A DNA stretch of 64,000 nt from Octopus sinensis (lineage: Eukaryota), in NCBI RefSeq assembly GCF_006345805.1, contig NC_043020.1, positions 9,982,001-10,046,000 of the forward strand, read 5' to 3'. Position numbers and translations under genes: made by a program. Shown here piece after piece: positions 1 through 12,812 of this stretch. Within the stretch, counting starts at the first letter, position 1; every line of letters starts with the position of its first letter. The notes beneath the pieces are model-generated. The model did not search any database, was not told where the DNA came from, and saw only the letters and a program-made list of their open reading frames with translations.

Positions 1-220
1 TGGCACATAAAAAGCACCAACCGATCGTAGCCGTTGCCAGCCTCCCCTGGCACATGTACCGGTGGCATGTAAAAAGCACCATCTCTATGTGGCCAATGCC
101 AGCACCGCCTTGACTGGCTTCCATGGTGGTGGCACATAAAAAGCACCAACCGATCGTAGCCGTTGCCAGCATCCCCTGGCACCTGTGCCGGTGGTATGTA
201 AAAAGCACCCACTACACTCA
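1..220 (+). mobile_element. Family D fragment (RTE-like 3' region with ~67-bp internal minisatellite units)
   Basis: Units ggtggcacataaaaagcacc... followed by ccactacactcacg, as in the fuller D copies at 16835-17240 and 17440-18960. Confidence 0.75.
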
Positions 221-420
221 CGTATTTCCATTTTACTTCCACTAGACATACTTAAAGAAAAATGTATATGAAATCTTTTGGCCCCCCACTTACTATCCTT
301 CAATAACTAGCATTTCAATACCTGTAAGATTCTATTTTATCTCCATAAAATAACTACAGAAGGCATGTTTTGGCTTTCCCACCCTTTCTATCAGTTCTTT
401 GTCAACAATTCTTTGTAATC

Positions 421-831
421 TATTTCTTTATTGCCCACAAGGGGCTAAACATAGAGGGGACAAACAAGGACAGACAAAGAGGTTAAGTCGATTGCATCAA
501 CCCCAGTGCGTAACTGGTACTTATTTTATCGACTCCGAAAAGATGAAAGGCAAAGTCGACCTCGGCAGAATTTGAACTCAGAATGTAACAGCAGACGAAA
601 TACCTATTTCTTTACTACTCACAAGGGGCTAAAAACAGAGAGGACAAACAAGGACAGACAAACGGATTAAGTCAATTATATCGACCCCAGTGTGTAACTG
701 GTGCTTATTTAATCGACCCTGAAAAAATGAAAGGCAAAGTCGACCTCGGTGGAATTTGAACTCAGAACGTAACAACGGCAGACAAAACACCGCTAAGCAT
801 TTCGCCAGGCGTGCTAACGATTCTGCCAGCT
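421..831 (-). mobile_element. SINE family B, head-to-tail dimer
   Basis: tRNA-like head (gagctggcagaatcgttagcacgcc; B box gagttcaaattcc), body gtcgactttgcctttcatc, two tails ending aaagaaata. Confidence 0.85.
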
Positions 832-1067
832 CTGATGTCGCTGATGCGATAGGCTACATGGTTGAATGGATTTGACTTTGTGACCCCTAAAAATTCTGAC
901 CAAAACATATCAACAATCCCTTAATTCTTAATGAGTCAGCTCAAATGTTGCTGTGACTCTGGAATATCTATTTCACTCTGTCGTAAGTTTTGAAATTATT
1001 ATTATTATTAACCATCCTCTGTACTGAACAAAAAAATTCTGAAATCAGAAATATAATTATATACATA

Positions 1068-1267
1068 GGCGCAGGAGTGGCTGTGTGGTAAGTAGCTTGC
1101 TAACCAACCACATGGCTCCGGGTTCAGTCCCACTGCGTGGCATCTTGGGCAAGTGTCTTCTGCTATAGCCCCGGGCTGACCAATGCCTTGTGAGTGGATT
1201 TGGTTGACGGAAACTGAAAGAAGCCTGTCGTATTATGTATATATAGATATATATTATATATATATAT

Positions 1268-1299
<32 letters not shown>

Positions 1300-1304
1300 A
1301 TATA

Positions 1305-1369
<65 letters not shown>

Positions 1370-1763
1370 AGGAGTGGCTGTGCTGTGTGGTAAGTAGCTT
1401 GCTAACCAACCACATGGCTCCGGGTTCAGTCCCACTGCGTGGCATCTTGGCAAGTGTCTTCTGCTATAGCCCCGGGCTGACCAATGCCTTGTGAGTGGAT
1501 TTGGTAGACGGAAACTGAAAGAAGCCTGTCGTATATATGTATATATATATATATATGGGTGTGTGTGTTTGTGTGTTTGTCCCCCTAGCATTGCTTGACA
1601 ACCGATGCTGGTGTGTTTACGTCCCCGTCACTTAGCGGTTCGGCAAAAGAGACCGATAGAATAAGTACTGTGCTTACAAAGAATAAGTCCCGGGGTCGAT
1701 TTGCTCGACTAAAGGCGGTGCTCCAGCATGGCCGCAGTCAAATGACTGAAACAAGTAAAAGAA
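1068..1763 (+). mobile_element. SINE family A (tRNA head + CORE-like block + internal TA/TG microsatellite + 3' module) with duplicated head
   Basis: ggcgcaggagtggctgtgtggtaag...gggttcagtccc head at 1068 and again at ~1366 after (TA)n; gcatcttgggcaagtgtctt resembles the CORE domain; tail ends acaagtaaaaga. Confidence 0.85.
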
Positions 1764-1887
1764 GAAAAAAAAAGAAAAGAATATTGCTAATTAATCTTTC
1801 ATTGATTTACTAAAATTATCTTTCTGTTTTGTTGAAACTGATTTACAATTCATGGTTTTAGTAAAATGTGGTGTACTGTGACAAAGT

Positions 1888-2815
1888 TTATTGAGCGAAA
1901 ACACCTAAAAGCTCCACGAGGCTCCGGCAGGGGATGGTGGTGATCCCTGCTGTACTCTTTCACCACAACTTTCTCTCACTCTTACTTCCTGTTTCTGTTG
2001 TACCTGTATTTCAAAGGGCTGGCCTTGTCACTCTCTGTGTCACGCTGAATATCCCCGAGAACTACGTTAAGGGTACACGTGTCTGTGGAATGCTCAGCCA
2101 CTTACACGTTAATTTCACGAGCAGGCCCAGTGTGGTTAGGGCAGCGGACTCGCAGTCATAGGATCGTGGTTTCGATTCCCAGACCGGGCGTTGTGAGTGT
2201 TTATTGAGCGAAAACACCTAAAGCTCCACACGGCTCCGGCAGGGGATGGTGGTGATCCCTGCTGTACTCTTTCACCACAACTTTCTTCTCACTCTTACTT
2301 CCTGTTTCTGTTGTACCTGTATTTCAAAGGGCGGCTGGCCTTGTCACTCTCTGTGTCACGCTGAATATCCCCGAGAACTACGTTAAGGGTACACGTGTCT
2401 GTGGAATGCTCAGCCACTTACACGTTAATTTCACGAGCAGGCCCAGTGGTTAGGGCAGCGGACTCGCAGTCATAGGATCGTGGTTTCGATTCCCAGACCG
2501 GGCGTTGTGAGTGTTTATTGAGCGAAAACACCTAAAGCTCCACGAGGCCCCAGCAGGGGATGGTGGTGATCCCTGCTGTACTCTTTCACCACAACTTTCT
2601 CTCACTCTTACTTCCTGTTTCTGTTGTACCTGTATTTCAAAGGGCCGGCCTTGTCACTCTCTGTGTCACGCTGAATATCTCCGAGAACTACGTTAAGGGT
2701 ACACGTGTCTGTGGAGTGCTCAGCCACTTGCACGTTAATTTCACGAGCAGGCTGTTCCGTTGATCGGATCAACCGGAACCCTCGTCGTCGTAACCGACGG
2801 AGTGCTTCCAACCAA
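1888..2815 (+). mobile_element. SINE family C, 5'-truncated tandem trimer
   Basis: 316-bp period with junctions gcagg|cccagtg at 2125 and 2441; 13-bp TSD actgtgacaaagt at 1875-1887 and 2816-2828. Confidence 0.9.
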
Positions 2816-2840
2816 ACTGTGACAAAGTGAAATCAAAGTG

Positions 2841-3256
2841 TTTTACTCTTTTACTCTTTTACTTGTTTCAGTCATTTGACTGCGGCCATGCTGGAGCAAC
2901 GCCTTTAATTGAGCAATTCAACCCCGGGACTTATTCTTTGTAAGCCCAGTACTTATTCTATCGGTCGCTTTTGCCGAACCGCTAAGTGACGGGGGCGTAA
3001 ACACACCAGCATCGGTTGTCAAACAATGCTAGGGGGACAAACACAGACACAAACACACACACATACACACACATATATATTATATTATATATATATACGA
3101 CAGGCTTCTTTCAGTTTCCGTCTACCAAATCCACTCACAAGGCATTGGTCGGCCCGGGGGCTATGCAGAAGACACTTGCCCAAGATGCCATGCAGTGGGA
3201 CTGAACCCGGAATCATGTGGTTGGTTAGCAAGCTACTTACCACACAGCCACTCCTG
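2841..3256 (-). mobile_element. SINE family A. Further copies: 7107-7505(-), 12291-12687(-), 15205-15606(-), 26026-26442(-), 26895-27308(-), 37763-38180(+), 40440-40830(+), 53845-54173(-), 59886-60387(-); degraded 42175-42545(+), 44850-45050(-), 58227-58650(+)
   Basis: Near-identical head, CORE-like block and (aaaagagt)n tail in each copy. Confidence 0.9.
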
Positions 3257-3358
3257 TGTTTTTTTCTACAAAATGGAACTTGAAAGTTGCAAAAAATATG
3301 AGAGCAGAAATAAATCAAATAATCTCCAACAAACTCTTCTGTACAACTTTGTTGCAGT

Positions 3359-3745
3359 TTTTTAGAAGCACTCCGTCGGTTACGACGACGAGGGTTCCGG
3401 TTGATCCGAATCAACGGAACAGCCTGCTCGTGAAATTAACGTGTAAGTGGCTGAGCACTCCACAGACACGTGCACCCTTAACGTAGTTCTCGGGGATATT
3501 CAGCGTGACACAGAGAGTGACAAGGGCCGGCCCTTTGAAATACAGGTACAACAGAAACAGGAAGTAAGAGTGAGAGAAAGTTGTGGTGAAAGAGTACAGC
3601 AGGGATCACCACTCCCCCTGCTGGGGCCTCGTGGAGCTTTAGGTGTTTTCGCTCAATAAACACTCACAACGCCCGGTCTGGGAATCGAAACCGCGATCCT
3701 ATGACCGCGAGTCCGCTGCCCTAACCACTGGGCCGTTGCGCCTCC
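3359..3745 (-). mobile_element. SINE family C, full length. Further copies: 13121-13506(+), 14880-15050(+, 3' part), 28052-28425(+), 42970-43354(+), 43639-44021(-)
   Basis: tRNA-like head ggaggcgcaatggcccagtggttagggcagcgg...ggtttcgattccc; TSDs actttgt(t/c)gcagt, tacagctgtttc, ttaaccttatatg, ttacagtctgt. Confidence 0.9.
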
Positions 3746-4506
3746 ACTTTGTCGCAGTATTCCTCATTTAACTGCGGGAAACTTCTATGAAAGAAATCTT
3801 TGCAGAAAAATGAGTAGTTTGATTACATATTTCTTTCATTATTTTATCGCAGTTTTTTCGTCCAACAAATTCCTGCGAGATTTGGCTGCTATTTCTAGTA
3901 TATGGATAGCTTGCCTAAAGGCCGTAAATTCAGGAGGGGAGAGGTTGTTTTTTTTTTTTTTGAAAACTGAAATTTTACAAGGGATTTTTTTTTCCAGAAT
4001 CACAATCTCTGTACTTTTTTATGTATTTTCCCCACCACAAAAAAATTTCTGAAAAAAGTGAAAAGTGGTGGGAAATTGAAATTTTGAAGTTGCAATTTTC
4101 ACCAATTTTTTTTTTTCAGAATTGGAATCTCCATAGCCGAAAACATGGCTTTCCATAAAAAAAAAGGTTTTTCCAAAAAGAGAGAGGGGGGGGGGTTACA
4201 TCTCTGCCATGTGCACCAAGTATTCATTGTATGACTAACTTCATAAGTCACTGCACATCACTGTTACCTACTGTTGTTGTTGTTCTCTGTGTAGTTCTTG
4301 TTTACCACCACCCCACTCCCCATCAGTTCAGCACCAATGAAGCAGATTTATAATCAAGACATCCCAGCCATGACCATTCAGATCTTTGTTTTTATCTTTT
4401 ATCTCTTCTTTTTGACTTGTTGCAGTCACTGGACTGTGGCCATGCTGGGGCACTGCCTTGAAGGGTTTGGTCAAACAAATTGATCCCAGTGGCCTAGTGT
4501 ATAGAA

Positions 4507-5833
4507 AAACTAGGGATAGATGAGTGATTGGTGAGAGCCATACAAGCCTTGTACAGGGATGCTACATGTAAGGTGAGGGTGGGCAATGAGTACAGTGAAG
4601 AATTCCAGGTACAAGTAGGGGTTAACCAAAGATCAGTGCTCAGCCCCCTCTTGTCCATATTGTCCTCCAGGCAATAATAGAGGAATTCAAGACAGGCTGC
4701 CCCCGGGAAGCTCCTCTATGCTGATGACCTTGCTCTTATAGCTGAATCACTACCTGATCTAGAGAAGAAGTTTTCCAGAAATCATTATACATAATTAATA
4801 ATATCAGGGTAATAAAGATTTTAGAAATTTTTACTACCAGTGGCCTAGTGTATAGAAAAATTAGTCAATAGACTAAATATTATTCATATAAAATACAGTG
4901 TACATTTAAACACATTAAGAGGTATCCATCATAGGACTCCCTTACGCTAGAAGGAACAGCTAAAGTCCAAACCACTAATTAGGGATAAATTCTTGAAGGG
5001 AGTGAAAAATAAAAAACATTTATCATCTATTTCCTGGACCATGGTTTCTGACTTTTTTTAGTAAATAAAATAATTTGCCAGGTGAAGTCTTCATCAACAG
5101 GTATGCCAAGATTAAACATATAAACACGAGGCCAATCCAGCATATGCCTCTTGCTTATAAATTTTAATTTTCAAATCCACTGAGCAAGCACAGTTTTTTG
5201 CCAGCAGCAACAAAAAATGCCGGCAATTTCTTTGAATGAATTTTCCAGAAATCATTATACATAATTAATAATATCAGGGTTATAAAGATTTCAGAAACCA
5301 TGGTCCAGGAAATAGATGGTAAATGTTTTTATTTTTCATTCCCTTCAAGAATTTATCCCTAATTAGTGGTTTGGACTTTAGCTGTTCCTTCTAGCGCAAG
5401 GGACTCCTATGATGGATACCTCTTAATGTGTTTAAATGTCCACTGTATTTTATATGAATAATATATAGTCTATTGACTAATTTTTCTATACACTAGGCCA
5501 CTGGTAGTAAAAATTTCTAAAATCTTTATTACCCTGATATTATTAATTATGTATAATGATTTCTGGAAAACTTCTTCTCTAGATCAGGTAGTGATTCAGC
5601 TATAAGAGCAAGGTCATCAGCATAGAGGAGCTCCCAGGGGCAGCCTGTCTTGAATTCCTCTATTATTGCCTGGAGGACAATATGGACAAGAGGGGGCTGA
5701 GCACTGATCTTTGGTTAACCCCCACTTGTACCTGGAATTCTTCACTGTACTCATTGCCCACCCTCACCTTACATGTAGCATCCCTGTACAAGGCCTATAT
5801 AGCTCTCACCAATCACTTGTCTATCCCTAGTTT
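4507..5833. repeat. Long inverted repeat with ~545-bp arms (4507-5051 / 5291-5833) and 240-bp spacer
   Basis: Arms are reverse complements with few substitutions; each holds an RTE RT fragment (ctcctctatgctgatgaccttgct = LLYADDLA) plus an AT-rich repeat. Confidence 0.9.
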
Positions 5834-6710
5834 CTGCATTGAGCCACTGATAAGGGATCAGGGGACTCTATCAAATGCTGTCTCCAAGTTAACAAAAGCC
5901 AAGTACAGAGGCTTATCTTTGGTTAGGTACTTCTGCAGTTGCCTTACCAGAAATATAGCATCAGTGGTGCTTCTACCTGGCACAAAAACAAAGCTACATC
6001 TCATCTAGACTAACTCTCTCCCTAATTAGTTGGGCTATGACTCTCTCTGTAACTTCCATTACCTGATCTATCAATTTGATACTCTTGTAATTATTTCTTT
6101 CTAAGGCATCACCTTTACCTTTGTAGTAGTTGACTATGGTACTGCTACATCAGTCATTGGGCATGACTCCTTCATGAATCACCTGATTTACAATATGAGT
6201 GACTAGACCATAACCCACACCAACAGTGATTTCTGATGGGCTGGGGGCTTTCCCTATCTTCATATCCTTAATTGCTTTATCTACCAGTGTACTGTTGATT
6301 CAGGTAGCTGGTCCCTCAATTGTTTCAATATTTGACAGACTCTCCTCCTCCCATTCATTCTCTACATTCAGCAGTCTTTCATAATGGCTTCTCCAAGCCT
6401 CTTTCTTTGCAGATTCATTAAAAGCAAGTGCACCATCATCCATGCAGACACATTTCTCTGCTATAACATCACAATTTTCTCTCGGACACTGTCTTGCAAT
6501 CTGAAATACTTCAGTTCTTTGGTCCTCACAACGCTGAACAGAGGCTAACATCTTCTTTTCTGCTTCTCCCTTGACTAGATATACCTATCTCCTAGCTTTC
6601 CTTCTGGCTATCTGATACAGTTCCCTGCTACCCCAACTCTTCCAGCCTTCCAGGCCAGTTTCTTTGCTCTAATGGCCCTGACTACAGCATTGTTTCACCA
6701 CCACATTACC
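5565..6710 (-). mobile_element. Decayed RTE-clade LINE, pre-RT linker and reverse transcriptase fragment
   Basis: KKEAWRSHYERLLNVENEWEEESL (ORF 6300-6551) and a YADD motif near 5610; frameshifts present. Confidence 0.8.
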
Positions 6711-7754
6711 CTAGGTCTGGAAGGGACTGTGTACCAGCCACAGATTCGGGCGATGTGTGTGTTTACGAGCGAAAACACCTAAGATCCACACGGCTCCGGC
6801 AGAAGGTAGTAGTGAACTTCTGCTGACTCTTTCGCCACAACTTTCTCTCTCACTCTTTCCTCCTGCATCTTGCAGCTCATCTGCGACGGACCGGCGTCCC
6901 ATCCAGGTGGGGAACCTATATGCAAAGAAACCAGGAAACAGGCCCTTAAGAGCCAGGCATGGCTCGAGAAGGAACAAACAACAACAGATTTGGTCTGTGG
7001 CACTCAGCAAGCTGTCACACGGGAATTCCTAGTTGCCCTCTATCTCACAAGTTTGTCGCTCCTCCTCCCTCATAGCATTTTTTTATGAAGTTATTATCTG
7101 TTATATTCTTTTACTCTTTTACTTGTTTCAGTCATTTGACTGCGGCCATGCTGGAGCACCGCCTTTAGTCGAGCAAATCGACCCCGGGACTTATTCTTTG
7201 TAAGCCCAGTACTTATTCTATCGGTCTCTTTTGCCGAACCGCTAAGTTACGGGGACATAAACACACCAACATCGGTTGTCAAGCAATGCTAGGGGGACAA
7301 ACACAGACACACAAACACACACACAAGCATACATATATATACATATATACGACGGGCTTCTTTCAGTTTCCGCCTACCAAATCCACTCACAAGGCTTTGG
7401 TCGGCCCGAGGCTATAGCAGAAGACACTTGCCCAAGGTGCCACGCAGTGGGACTGAACCCGGAACCATGTGGTTGGTAAACAAGCTACTTACCACACAGC
7501 CACTCATATATGTTTTTTATAAACATAAATCTGTCCTCAAATATCTTACACACCCAGTACAGTGTATCCCCCCAGTATTACTTGGGCTAGCAATGAGAGA
7601 ACAAAGATATATACAACTCGAGACTGAATGATAATTTTATACCAATGCTTTTTAAAAATCACCACTATATTTGATCAAACACATTGTTTATTTCAACAGG
7701 ATAATTTTTAAGGTCTTAAGCCAATACAGCCTCATTGAAATTAGGTTACTTGCT

Positions 7755-7802
<48 letters not shown>

Positions 7803-8018
7803 TTATGGTATAGATTACTGTATCTAGTGGTAATACAAACTAAATTTTTCAAAACCATGATTATTTTTAATCACTGTTCAATCTCCCATTGGTGGTATGC
7901 AAACATTAGATGCAATGAAGATATTTTTGTAGGTTTTTTGGGGAAAAACTACGTCCAGTAGCAATCTCAAGTATTTTATTGAGTACTGCTTTATGCAGTG
8001 TGCTATTAAGGCCCTAAG

Positions 8019-11000
8019 ATGTCACCTAAACACCCTACGCCTTCTAAGGCTTCTGGCAGTGAATCTAAGCACCAGAAAAAGGTTATGACACTCCATGAGA
8101 AAGTACAACTGCTGGATATGTTTCTAAGCACCAGAAAAAGGTTATGACACTCCATGAGAAAGTACAACTGCTGGATATGTTCTAAGCACCAAAAAAGGTT
8201 ATGACGCTCCATGAGAAAGTACATGCTGGGATATGTTTCTAAGCACTAGAAAAAGGTTATGACGCTCCATGAGAAAGTACAACTGCTGGATATGTTTCTA
8301 AGCACCAGAAAAAGGTTATGAACTCCATGAGAAAGTACAATGCTGGATATGTTTCTAAGCACCAGAAAAAGGTTATGACACTCCATGAGAAAGTACAACT
8401 GCTGGATATGTTTTAAGAACACCAGAAAAAGGTTATGACACTCACCATGAGAAAGTACAACTGCTGGATATGTTTCTAAGCACCAGAAAAAAGGTTTTAT
8501 GACGCTCCATGAGAAAGTACAATGCTGGATATGTTTCTAAGCACCAGAAAAAGGTTATGACGCTCATGAGAAAGTACAACTGCTGGATATGTTTCTAAGC
8601 ACCAGAAAAAGGTTATGACACTCCATGAGAAAGTACAACTGTGGAGATGTTTCTAAGCACCAGAAAAAGGTTATGACACTCCATGAGAAAGTACAACTGC
8701 TGGCATTGTTTCTAAGCACCAGAAAAAGGTTATGACACTCCATGAGAAAGTACAACTGCTGGATATGTTTCTAAGCACCAGAAAAAGGTTATGACACTCC
8801 ATGAGAAAGTACAATGCTGGATATGTTTCTAAGCACCAGAAAAAGGTTATGACGCTCCATGAGAAAGTACAACTGCTGGATATGTTTCTAAGCACACCAA
8901 AAAAGGTTATGACGCTCCTATGAGAAAGTACAACTGCTGGATATGTTTCTAAGCACCAGAAAAAGGTTATGACACTCCATGAGAAAGTACAATGCTGGAT
9001 ATGTTCTAAGCACCAGAAAAAGGTTATGACACTCCATGAGAAAGTACAACTGCTGGATATGTTTCTAAGCACCAGAAAAAGGTTATGACGCTCCATGAGA
9101 AAGTACAACTGTGGATATGTTCTAAGCACCAGAAAAAGGTTATGACACTCCATGAGAAAGTACAACTGCTGGATATGTTTCTAAGCACCAGAAAAAGGTT
9201 ATGACCACTCCATGAGAAAGTACAACTGCTGGATATGTTTCTAAGCACCAGAGAAAAAGGTTTTATGACACTCCATGAGAAAGTACAACTGCTGGATATG
9301 TTTCTAAGCACCAGAAAAAGGTTATGACACTCCATGAGAAAGTACAACTGCTGGATATGTTTCTAAGCACCAGAAAAAGGTTATGACGCTCCATGAGAAA
9401 GTACAACTGCTGGATATGTTTCTAAGCACCAGAAAAAGGTTATGACGCTCCATGAGAAAGTACAACTGCTGGATATGTTTCTAAGCACCAGAAAAAGGTT
9501 ATGACACTCCATGAGAAAGTACAACTGCTGGATATGTTTCTAAGCACCAGAAAAAGGTTATGACGCTCCATGAGAAAGTACAACTGCTGGATATGTTTCT
9601 AAGCACCAGAAAAAGGTTATGACGCTCCACGAGAAAGTACAACTGCTGGATATGTTTCTAAGCACCAGAAAAAGGTTATGACACTCCATGAGAAAGTACA
9701 ACTGCTGGATATGTTTCTAAGCACCAGAAAAAGGTTATGACGCTCCATGAGGAAGTACAACTGCTGGATATGTTTCTAAGCACCAGAAAAGGTTATGACG
9801 CTCCATGAGAAAGTACAACTGCTGGATATGTTTCTAAGCACCAGAAAAGGTTATGACACTCTCCACGAAAGTACAACTGCTGGATATGTTTCTAAGCCCC
9901 AGAAAAAGGTTATGACACTCCACGAGAAAGTACAACTGCTGGATATGTTTCTAAGCACCAGAAAAAGGTTATGATACTCCATGAGAAAGTACAACTGCTG
10001 GATATGTTTCTAAGCACCAGAAAAAGGTTATGACATTCCATGAGAAAGTACAACTGCTGGATATGTTTCTAAGCACCAGAAAAAGGTTATGACACTCCAC
10101 GAGAAAGTACAACTGCTGGATATGTTTCTAAGCACCAGAAAAAGTTATGACACTCCACGAGAAAGTACAACTGCTGGATATGTTTCTAAGCACCAGAAAA
10201 AGTTATGACATTCCATGAGAAAGTACAACTGCTGGATATGTTTCTAAGCACCAGAAAAAGGTTATGACACTCCACGAGAAAGTACAACTGCTGGATATGT
10301 TTCTAAGCACCAGAAAAAGGTTATGACACTCCACGAGAAAGTACAACTGCTGGATATGTTTCTAAGCACAAGAAAAAGGTTATGACATTCCATGAGAAAG
10401 TACAACTGCTGGATATGTTTCTAAGCACCAGAAAAAGGTTATGACACTCCACGAGAAAGTACAACTGCTGGATATGTTTCTAAGCACCAGAAAAAGGTTA
10501 TGACATTCCATGAGAAAGTACAACTGCTGGATATGTTTCTAAGCACCAGAAAAAGGTTATGACACTCCACGAGAAAGTACAACTGCTGGATATGTTTCTA
10601 AGCACCAGAAAAAGGTTATGACACTCCACGAGAAAGTACAACTGCTGGATATGTTTCTAAGCACCAGAAAAAGGTTATGACACTCCACGAGAAAGTACAA
10701 CTGCTGGATATGTTTCTAAGCACCAGAAAAAGGTTATGACACTCCATGAGAAAGTACAACTGCTGGATATGTTTCTAAGCACCAGAAAAAGGTTATGACA
10801 TTCCATGAGAAAGTACAACTGCTGGATATGTTTCTAAGCACCAGAAAAAGGTTATGACACTCCACGAGAAAGTACAACTGCTGGATATGTTTCTAAGCAC
10901 CAGAAAAAGGTTATGACATTCCATGAGAAAGTACAACTGCTGGATATGTTTCTAAGCACCAGAAAAAGGTTATGACACTCCACGAGAAAGTACAACTGCT

Positions 11001-11793
11001 GGATATGTTTCTAAGCACCAGAAAAAGGTTATGACACTCCACAAGAAAGTACAACTGCTGGATATGTTTCTAAGCACCAGAAAAAGGTTATGACACTCCA
11101 CGAGAAAGTACAACTGCTGGATATGTTTCTAAGCACCAGAAAAAGGTTATGACACTCCATGAGAAAGTACAACTGCTGGATATGTTTCTAAGCACCAGAA
11201 AAAGGTTATGACACTCCACGAGAAAGTACAACTGCTGGATATGTTTCTAAGCACCAGAAAAAGGTTATGACACTCCATGAGAAAGTACAACTGCTGGATA
11301 TGTTTCTAAGCACCAGAAAAAGGTTATGACATTCCATGAGAAAGTACAACTGCTGGATATGTTTCTAAGCACCAGAAAAAGGTTATGACATTCCATGAGA
11401 AAGTACAACTGCTGGATATGTTTCTAAGCACCAGAAAAAGGTTATGACACTCCACGAGAAAGTACAACTGCTGGATATGTTTCTAAGCACCAGAAAAAGG
11501 TTATGACACTCCATGAGAAAGTACAACTGCTGGATATGTTTCTAAGCACCAGAAAAAGGTTATGACACTCCACGAGAAAGTACAACTGCTGGATATGTTT
11601 CTAAGCACCAGAAAAAGGTTATGACACTCCATGAGAAAGTACAACTGCTGGATATGTTTCTAAGCACCAGAAAAAGGTTATGACACTCCATGAGAAAGTA
11701 CAACTGCTGGATATGTTCTGGGAAGGTAAAAGTTATGCTGCAGTAGGTCACTATTATCTTGTTAATGAAAGCACCATATGCTACATAAAGAAG
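8019..11793 (+). pseudogene. pogo/Tigger-like transposase N-terminus (CENP-B/psq-type HTH), split by satellite expansion
   Basis: ATG at 8019 gives MSPKHPTPSKASGSESKHQKKVMTLHEKVQLLDM; after the array it continues FWEGKSYAAVGHYYLVNESTICYIKK, matching the Tigger pattern KVMTLxEKVxLLDM...AAV.RH..INES.VR.I.K. Confidence 0.8.
8064..11717 (+). repeat. 59-bp tandem satellite, about 62 copies
   Basis: Unit tctaagcaccagaaaaaggttatgacactccatgagaaagtacaactgctggatatgtt; period read directly from the sequence. Confidence 0.97.
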
Positions 11794-12812
11794 GTCTTGA
11801 AGGTATGGAACACACTTTGATCCATAGGCTAGATGCGGGAGGTGGTGTTGGCAGGGAGGAACTCGACATTTTGCACAAGGGAGATAATCACTGTTTCATA
11901 TTTGGTGGGATTTGAAGTATTCATTTTGAAATTTTGAAATTAAAGAATGTGGAAAACAATGCTTTAAATATATATCATCATCATCATTTTTTAACGTCTG
12001 CCTTCCATTCTGGCATCGTTGGGATGGTTTAACAAGAGACGGTCAGGCAGAAGCCTGCACCAGACTTCTGTAACGGTTTTGGCAGGATTTTTAAAGCTGG
12101 ATGTCCTTCCTAACACCAACCACTTTACAGTGTGGACTGGATGCTTTTAAGTGGCACCTGCACTGACAGGGTCACCAAGTACTTGCAAGACTAAAAAAAA
12201 ATGTCTGTTTTCCATCCTGGCATGGGTTACAGACAAACAAATAGACAGATATAGATAGAAAGATACATATATATCTATATATACATATATACTCTTTTAC
12301 TTGTTTCAGTCATTTGACTGCGACCATGCTGGAGCACCGCCTTTAGTCGAGCAAATCGACCCCGGGACTTATTCTTTGTAAGCCCAGTACTTATTCTATC
12401 AGTCTCTTTTGCTGAACCGCTAAGTGACGGGGACGTAAACACACCAGCATCGGTTGTCAAGCAATGCTAGGGGGACAAACACAGACACACAAACACACAC
12501 ATACATATATGTATATATACATATATACGACAGGCTTCTTTCAGTTTCCGTCTACCAAATCCACTCACAAGGCATTGGTTGGCCCGGGGCTGTAGCAGAA
12601 GACACTTGCCCAAGATGCCATGCAGTGGGACTGAACCCGGAACCATGTGATTAGTTAGCAAGCTACTTACCACACAGCCACTCCTGCAAATATATATGTA
12701 TATATATACGTGTGTGTGTGTGTATAATTAAAATCTTAGGGTAGCAAGAATATTTATCAAAAAACTTCTAGCGAGAAGGAAAAAATTAGTCAATAGACTA
12801 TATATTATTCAG

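Noticed and set aside
1068-1140. tRNA genes at SINE heads (families A, B, C, F)
   Set aside because: A/B boxes are present but there is no complete cloverleaf, and each runs into a repeated SINE body.
8064-11717. 59-bp array as a CRISPR-like array
   Set aside because: Units are contiguous with no unique spacers, no cas genes are present, and the origin is traceable to a transposase fragment.
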